A stretch of DNA of 54,774 bases, filler included, from Catajapyx aquilonaris (lineage: Eukaryota), in the NCBI GenBank assembly GCA_000934665.2. It is 3 parts of 3 records of this genome, joined end to end, with 100 filler letters (N's around TTAATTAATTAA, not from the genome) between each part and the next. Parts side by side here need not be neighbours in the genome. Positions count along the whole stretch, not along the records: positions 36,599 to 54,774 come from JYFJ02006752.1; 2 more parts are not named here. One strand, given 5' to 3'. This document shows, piece after piece, positions 46,415 through 54,774 of the stretch. A program made the translations under genes and the position numbers. A model generated the notes under the pieces. It made no database searches. It was not told the origin of the DNA and was given only the letters and a program-made list of their open reading frames with translations. Each line of letters begins with the position of its first letter. The first letter of the stretch is position 1.

Positions 46415-49400
46415 TAAAAGTAGTCTCTATTGTAGACTATTGTAGATTGAAATACATGATTTGAAGTCCTCTCTAGACTTTAAATATGCATTTTGTCAAT
46501 GGGCAGCCATGCTGCTTGTGAGGTTTTCATACATGTCCCGGCACCATTTGGACATCTCGAACAGTCTTTTCAGATTATTCCCAACCGTAATGTCATTTGG
46601 TTTTTAGAGCACATAGAGTATCAAGTAAGCAGATTGTTCGGGCACTCCCCTTGTTCTATTCAATGATGATTTATGTTTGGACTTATGTGACAGATATCTC
46701 CGAGTGTCTTATCCTTTTCTGCAATGCAATGGTATGAGCTTCAAGCACACACTTAATTATCTGGTACAATATTATCTCATCCTCACCACATTTTTGTCAT
46801 TCGATTTTGGTATTGCTGTCACTTTTGAGTGGAGCAAAGTCCCAAAAATGGCTCGATTGAAGCTAGACTGAAATTATTAATAAGCGGCATGATGATTATA
46901 TAGAGAAATATTCTCGCCGGACAGATCATTTTGTCTGCCACTCCAGTAATTGAGAGCGTTGGGTGAGTTCACTTTTTCCCTTCTCGTAAGAGAGGCGACT
47001 TGATTATTTTAGTTCTCACACTGAACTAGTTATTACATTATCATCAATTTGTAGTAATGCTTTAGTTTATGTAATAATAAATCAACAAACAATATCTTCG
47101 TAATTACATCGCAGGAATGTAAACTAATACACATGAAAATAAATAAAGGACCTACGCTTTGTGTTTATCAACATCTGTCTTCGTACATTTGGCATAAAAT
47201 TTTGCGTGACCAATGGATGACCCATTGTGAATCGTCCCCACCCTCCCGATTTGGATGGAGGGTACTCTAATAATTACATGAAAAAAATTAATCTGGCTAG
47301 AATAACTGATGCGCCTCTCAAGTACACTACATCTTTGACTTGTTTCCCGGATGGCTGCAGTTATTCTTTCTTTGGTGAGTTTCGCAGTTGTGTGGGTGAG
47401 TGTTAATATGACAAATCCATTATTGGAGTCGGGTTGGAGAAGTGGATTGGGGAAAGGAGATGGAACCAGTTGGGCATGTACAGTACGTTTCTAAGATTTT
47501 CTCTTGACTAACTAAGCTTGAACCGTATTTCTGGTAGAGTGGAGCCAATACTTGCTGTTGTTCCATATGAAAAGGTCCTAACAGATTCAATGTCCTCATT
47601 GTTTTGTCCTCCTCCGATATCTACTATTTTCCTTATCTCCCTTCGTCGCCCTTTGTCGGACATGACGCTTTTCAAGTGTCACGAGGCATATTTGCATAAA
47701 ATTTCCATGGCATTTATCAGATACGTATTTTTCATTGCTGCATACAGATAGCACCCATCGATATGGTCATCGATACTGTATCTGTAATGAGGGTTATCTG
47801 AAACTTTGATGTTGACCCATATCCTTCACCGAGGTCTTCCAAATGGTGATTCAAGTACAACAAGTATCCTCTCATTGAATGTACTATACCATGGTAAAAT
47901 CCTGTCGGGTGCAACGAAAAATGCGTATAATTGGCAGGTTGTTTGGTTTCTAGTCCTTGTGAATGTGGAGATGATGCAGCCATTTGTGGATTCGAGCTTG
48001 GGCTCTATGAGTAGTCGTTATTTAGTGTTCAATGCATCCGACTGGAACGACGTAAAGTCTGTGTCCATAGTTATTTTTATCCATCACTTTTAGCAGTGTG
48101 CGTCGCCGGTATTTTGGTTTGTGTTTACATATCTTACAGTTCCGGCGCATTTTGTTTTGTGTTTGCGATAGTGCCAAGGATACAATTATGACGTCGCTCG
48201 TTACTTTCAAATACCTTATTGCAGATGGAGGAATGCGAATGATTCACTGCACTAGTACGGTTTACATTTCCAAATTAAATGCAAGATTGTCGCTATGTAC
48301 TGTACACGTGCCGAAGTGTGACGATGTATTTGTTTCCTAAATAAGTTCATTAAATATAGGTCCGAACGAGTCTAATATATTCTTATAAGGAATTATCAGA
48401 CACACTGCAACGGTGTGGGATTGATTCATAATGTGATCTGCTACAAAAATATACGCATATGTCATTGTACCTGTAACTGTACTCAACTGACCCAGGAAAT
48501 CCCACAAGTTCCGATGTCGATTGATCATGTTCTTCCGCAGGCTAGAGTGAAAGGACTCGAGGGCGTTATAGTGGTATAGAGACTTTAATGGTCGTTTTGG
48601 AAGAATCTGATCGGCTGGAGGGGGTGGGTTTTTGGGGTTGCAGTGTTGCTGATACTGCGTCGGGCTGCAGTGTGGCTCCAGGAACCTGGAACGAACAGGC
48701 CATCACTCTGCTAGAAATTGTTCTACATATGCATACAGTAGGCATGCCATATGAGTAAAATACACTATATTATCTTCTATACGTATACGTGGCTTCATCT
48801 GGATCGCCTTACCAGGTGACATCAAGAGTACACATTAACTTAATGTTTACTCTTGCAGGATCGAATTTTGTGTGGTAGGACAAGTAATAGCAAACTCTCT
48901 GTCTCTGTATTCCACTGGTTTTTATGAAATGCACCTTTGCAGTGACACCTGCAGCAGGCGTATGTCCTCATTTTCTGAGAGAATTTTTCTCCCAGTCAAG
49001 TTTTTGCATCAATTACTTTTACTCTTTTCAGCAATTATAGCTTTCAGGACTCGATTGTCATACTGAATATCACATCATTTTGTATGAAGCATATCATGGG
49101 GTTGGTCCTAGTGTAATCATGAATTTGGGATGTAAAAGTGCATGGTACATATATAAATAATCACATTATCTTGTATATTTCTTTGAATCGCACTGCGCCT
49201 GTGTGTGTCGAATGTTCATTTGAGGAATATTCGCAGAAATCAAATTAAAGCACTCAAATGTCGTTTCGTGTCCTTGAGCTTGAATTTCCGTAACTTCTCC
49301 AGGACTTGCACCAGGTCGAGGCTGAAGAATCGTATTCTTTCAAAACCTTGCGATTAAAAAAGTGATGGTCGCACGACACGGTTTGGAGTTTACTTGCACA

Positions 49401-52400
49401 TTTCACAGCAGGAGTCGTCGTGTTTAGTCAAACAAGTTCGCAATTTCTGGTAGAAGAGGAAGTGAGACAGTGTCCTTACTGTACGCATATATACAGTAAC
49501 ATGGTAAAATCATGTCGGGTGCAAAGAAAAATCCAGTTAACAGTATTTTGTGTACTGATTGTTTACAGTCAGTACGCATAGCTCTTATGTTGTGTTGAAC
49601 TTGTCAAGATATCTTCAGATGCAATATTACTTGCCAATTCTTTGCAAGGATGTTTGAGCCCACCCAAAAGTTGAAGGTGTTGTCTCAATACGACCTGATT
49701 TTGTCACTTCCCCAATCTCCTGCTTGGACTGAGATAGAAGTATACTGTATGTCATAATAGCCTTCAAATCAGCTCTTGTTACAATACTGGATAATCTGGG
49801 TTTAGAATTCTGGTTGGTGAAATCGTATACGACACCTGCAGAATAAGTAGACCTCATTATTGTGGGGTCTCCATCAGGAAAATATTTTGCAAGTACTGTA
49901 TAATATTATTGGCAGAAATGTAGGGTCTTTTTTGTGGGTAATATATTTTAATAAATAATAGCATAAGTAATAATCTTCCACATTCACATTCCAGGCATTG
50001 CAGGCCTTCCCATTGCCATGTGGTTTATCATGCCCCACTCACGGGTCAGTACTGATCTCAACACATCCACCAATGATTATTATGGATGCTTGAGTTAAAA
50101 GTTGCCTTTTATTGTTATTTCCAAGTTACCCTATTTTAAAAAGTTACTGTGACAGTAAGTATTTGTGTTTGAAAGTGGAGGTTCCATCCAATCTTACATG
50201 TGTATCTTTTAAGGTGTCGCTGTCATGACATTTGAAAACCTTAATATACAATACGTTCTAAGGCTTTGACGCAAGAGAGTACCACCTAGTGATATACTGT
50301 ATTTAATTTAAATGTATATGCAAATTTCCATGTTAAATAATGGGTCCTGACAGATGTAATGCTTGAAATGTGTACAAGATGCACAGGGAAGTAAGTAAAC
50401 ATGTATTTTGTATCAGTACAATGTGGCTGTAAGAAACTAACAAGTTTACGATTTCAATATCAACATGGCAGCATCAATACCTCCCAAGCACTTAGCTCTG
50501 TGCACTCAGCAAGAAAGAACTTCACCTACACAACGTAATGATGGTCAGCCTATGGACGTGCCAATCATATGCGCTTACATCACCCTCACAGACTACCTTT
50601 GTTCTATTGTTCTGTTTTGCTTGTAGGTGTGGGCCTGACCTGCCTGGGAAGTATCAAGCCCGCTATGGATGTCTCTCGAATCCGCACATATTATAACGGG
50701 TGTCGGGCTTTGGCATTAATATGTAGACATTCAGTGAATGTAGAGCCGCATCTTTTTTATGCAAAGAAGGGGAATGTGTTATAGTGTGAAGAGAGGGAGG
50801 TAATGACTGCATAACAGGCTACTACTTTTCCATATTGGTTGTTCTGCAAGATGCATCAGATTGGATACATGTGTCTCTTGAATTGTTAAAATCAGGGAAG
50901 CATCTTGCTTTGTCGCGCTATTGGTTGAAATGTGCCTGGATGGGTCCAAATCATCAGGAAATTATCATATGATTTTAAATTATGTCCTTTCATCCTGCAT
51001 GTTGTCAAGAGCCAGGAAAATAAAGGCATAAATCGTCCTCCTGAAAGTATGAAATGTTCTTGTGCCATTTTCATATGCTAAATAATAATCATATGCTGTT
51101 CCGTCTGTAAACAGTTTTGCCTTCATGGTCTATTATTGTGGCCTTTATGAGTGGCACCATGTTCCCTTCAACTGCGGTCCTGCCGGTTGGTGTCTATTTA
51201 GCTCCTGTGTGTTTCCTCCTCCTTGCGAGGCCAGTTGGGTGTTTCTTGTAGAAGGGCATGTTGTAAATCTCGCCGTAATGTACTCGCTTCGGCGGTACAT
51301 ATTCTGAATATCGCCGTAGTGTCAGGATCAGGACATAATTCCTATCCGATGCGTACATTTCCGCGTGGGTTTCTGAAAGTAAGGGAGAATATTGTGAAGA
51401 AAGCCATATATTCAGCTTCAAAATATGCTTGGCTGTTTTTTATACAGGGTAAATCACAACATCATGTTACGCAAGGGATATCGGACATGAATGTCGCCAT
51501 TTTCACAACTGTCGTTTCCAGCAGGCGATGGTTGGTCTTCTATTCCTTTTCATTTCCTGTCTACTTGTGTCAGGAGACGTCTCCAGGTGTTGGCGTAACA
51601 CATACCATTTTGCAGGCCTTACAATACGGTTAATATTGTATAAAAATCATTCACAATGTAACACACGTGTACACTCGAGTGTCAAGGACGTGCTGCCACC
51701 TATAACTCAGTGTATGCCACCCTGCATGACACTAATGATATTTTTAAGCAATCAAGAATGCCCACATCAGCAGGCACTATCTGGTGAAATGCAGTAAACT
51801 CCAGTCTTACATCTCTTCTTTTTATCCCATAGTTTCTGTCTCATTGAGGCCTCGGTCACCTGCTTCACAGAAAGTGAAAGATAAATATATTTTACTTATT
51901 TATTTTGTATACCCCATTATAGGGCGGAGCTCTCTTACAACAAAAGAAAGAAAAGGAGAAAAACAGAGTACACATGATCATAAACTCAACAACTTTGTGA
52001 ATACAGTATTTGTTTGAATAAATTTAAATAAATCTGTGGTTACTCACAAAACTCTATTATTTTTAATTCATTCTCCAAGAAATTGTTGTATGCTAAATAA
52101 GTGAATGATAAATGCATACAGTAATATTAAAATACAACTGATTAGTATTGGATTTAATGTTTCACTGAGGTCATACATAACAATGGAAATCACAACCATT
52201 ATTTTGTACTAGTATGTTGATTACCATCACATAATTATGTGCTTCACATATGATGCACGCACAATACTGCCAAACTAACATCTCTGGAGGACAGAGTAAC
52301 TAAATGAGTAAGAAAGACCACGAGGGAGGTTTTAACACCGACTCTTGTAATAGCAATATTAGCTACAATAATTTGAAGCATCTTTCAACGTTTTGTAGTA

Positions 52401-52773
52401 CACACTGTCCAATATTAATAATAATCCAATTGCTTGAAGTAAATAGGAAGGGTCTATTTTATCCAAACTCTTTATTGCCCTCTACACGTGTGTAATTAAA
52501 TAGCCTTTTAAATTTCACATTAGTTTATATCTTATCGTCTTATTTGTAGGAAGGGCTCTTTACCTGAGGGAATTTTGCTCAAAGTGTGGCTCTCTGCCTT
52601 TAAGTTGTTTTCTGGGTCTGCACTACCTTCCTTGTTTGGGCATTCTGCGTGCTAGCTACTACTGTTCCTCCTCCTACAATATATTATGACAATGACGTGA
52701 CTTGTCAGCGTCCTACCCTTGCATATATCCCGGCAGGATCTCTTGGTGATTACAGTTCTTGGCAGGGCACACA

Positions 52774-53062
52774 ATGTCACCAGCAACATCGCCTCAAGTT
52801 CACCCACATGAATTCAATATTGCCATATACTTTGTGAACAAGATAAAGACCCGGTTTAGAGGGCAGCCAGACAAGTACAGGCAGTTCCTACATGTACTTA
52901 ACAAATTTTACCAGAATGAGAAGCGTAAGCTGACGGGAGGGTGTTGCGCCTTCACGTTCGATGAAGCATCTGTCTGAGGCAGAAGTGTACTGGCAGGTTG
53001 CCAAGTTGTTTGATAACCAAGAGGATATGCTGCAGGAGTTTTTGCAGTTCTTTCCCGATGCC
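52774..53062 (+). pseudogene. Sin3A: Isolated Sin3 PAH2-like domain with a +1 frameshift
   Basis: HEFNIAIYFVNKIKTRFRGQPDKYRQFLHVL..FYQ.E / LSEAEVYWQVAKLFDNQEDMLQEFLQFFPDA matches Sin3A PAH2 ([56 protein letters not shown]). Frameshift near 52955. Confidence 0.85.
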
Positions 53063-53581
53063 AGTAGTTACATGGCATTTTCTGGTCAGAGTGTCAAGAG
53101 GTCAGCTGTGACAAAGCCAGTGGTTACGGTTGCAAAACTACCAGTTTTTTTTTCTCTAGATCTATTTCCGGGGATGACCTCAATATCAGTAATGTCATTA
53201 GCTGACCTGGGAAATCGTTGACTGGCTCCTGCAGGGTTGCTTTGAAATATTTGACATGGGTAGTTTCATGTAATGTTTTTGTCGCTATGGGATTTGGAAA
53301 GTAGTCATTCTCATTGCTCTATTTGTTTATTTTCTGTGGACGACTAGGTGGATGGTGATGTGGGGGGGATGTACTTAGGGAATTAGAAAAATTGTCTGAT
53401 TATGTCGAGTTAATTAATTATACTACATAATCAAAGATTTTCTTCTCAAGTGTTAATGATAACTGTCCCTATCTAGCGCTTGTCATCATCTCTTCTTAAC
53501 TCCGGATTTTTTTGCTGTGTCTCAGTCACATCGAACGTGGCCAGGTCTAGTTCTTGCAGCGAATAGTTAATAGTTCCTTTA

Positions 53582-54058
53582 CTATATACACTGCACTGAT
53601 ATAAAAGATACTGTAATGTGAGGTGGATTAACCTTCGAATTTGCTTCCTTCAGACCATCATCACAGAGCGTTATCTGAAACCTTGATGTCGACCTATATC
53701 CTTCACCGACGCCTTTGAAATGCTGATTCAAGTTCAACACGTATCTTCTCATTGAATTTACTGTAGCATAGTCAAATCCTGTCGGGTGCAACGAAAAATT
53801 TCGGTATCTAGTCCATGTCGAATGTCCATGTGGATGATGCAGCATTTTGGATTCGATCTTGGGCTCTACTAGTATGAGTAGTCGTTGTGTAGTGTTCACT
53901 GCTTCACACTGGAACGTAGTAAAGTCAGTGTCCAGAGTTATTTTAACCATCTCTTTTAGCAGTATGCGTCGCAGGTCTTTTTCATGCCTCTCTCTGTCTG
54001 CCCGCCCACACGTATCAGGCCCTAAACAGCAAGCGATACGGTTTTCATATACGGGCAT
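53582..54058 (-). CDS. Unidentified ORF/exon with a degenerate paralog at ~47735-48110
   Basis: 158-aa open frame with an acceptor-like site at ~54066. The paralog conserves FSLHPTGF..V.SMR.Y.L.LN.H....GEGY.STS.FQITL. Confidence 0.4.
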   Translation of the reverse strand: MPVYENRIACCLGPDTCGRADRERHEKDLRRILLKEMVKITLDTDFTTFQCEAVNTTQRLLILVEPKIESKMLHHPHGHSTWTRYRNFSLHPTGFDYATVNSMRRYVLNLNQHFKGVGEGYRSTSRFQITLCDDGLKEANSKVNPPHITVSFISVQCI

Positions 54059-54774
54059 TGATTGCTAGTGTGAAAGAATGAGAAAAGGTCTACTCTAATC
54101 ACTGTCGCTGTGATTTAAATGTAATGCCATTTATTTACATCATTTATTAGTACCTTGCGTTCTTGATTGTGTTGGCCTAAGTTGTTGCACTGAATCATGC
54201 ATACACGTATACCCTGAATAGAGCATAACCATTGAGGAACGGTTGTTTGGTTCAGGAAATCCTTATTGTTGTGTTTAAAAACTGAGGATTTTTTGAAAAT
54301 AAATGCATATTAGAAAAAAATGAATAACAAAATACAGTGAGGCATGTTATAATTTAATACTGTTTCTCCGTATTGTGTTCGTTGTTTTTTCAGTGTGTTC
54401 TTTGCGGGTGGCTGTGAATTTTTTTGCCTTAATCATAATTTTATGTTTTAACAATAATAATCAGCCTCAGTATTTCATTTGTTACTTCAATGAGTTGTCT
54501 ACTCAGCAGCAAACAATTAACATGGCCGTCTCACGGCTTAGCATCTTCCTAGCTTTCTCTGCAGGGTGTAGCCGGATGTTTCCGTCGTTGGACTTTAGCC
54601 CTGCCACTATCATATTGCCACTATGTGTTGTGCTGCAGTTCACCTTACCGAAAACGGTTATAGGAACGGTAGCGGCCTTGTATCATCAGTGAATCAAGTA
54701 TTGTCCCGCCATGCGGGTTACAGTCTGGCCAGGATAACTTTGACCTCGCTCGTTAACCATCGACTACGCTTTCC

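Overview
Eukaryotic (arthropod-like) scaffold window in three contigs separated by two 100-bp N-gaps. The left half is a chemosensory cluster of intronless divergent ionotropic receptors (IRs, variant iGluRs). It holds four recent tandem copies on the minus strand (three intact, one with a single in-frame TAG), a LINE-truncated IR 5' stub, a frameshifted IR and a divergently transcribed intact IR. A transposon pile-up interrupts the cluster: a Helitron end, a hAT-like end, a Kolobok-like end with a P2X7-ballast/KolX ORF, a Tc1/mariner MITE and a LINE. The middle has a 4-exon clarin-like tetraspan gene and a 10-exon coiled-coil gene with a decayed tandem duplicate. The right ~20 kb is TE and relic rich: several MITEs, a tRNA-derived SINE, a retroposon tail with TSD, a degenerate OTU-protease domain, an isolated frameshifted Sin3 PAH2 domain and an unidentified multicopy ORF. 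All family calls come from motif recognition by eye; no database search was run.
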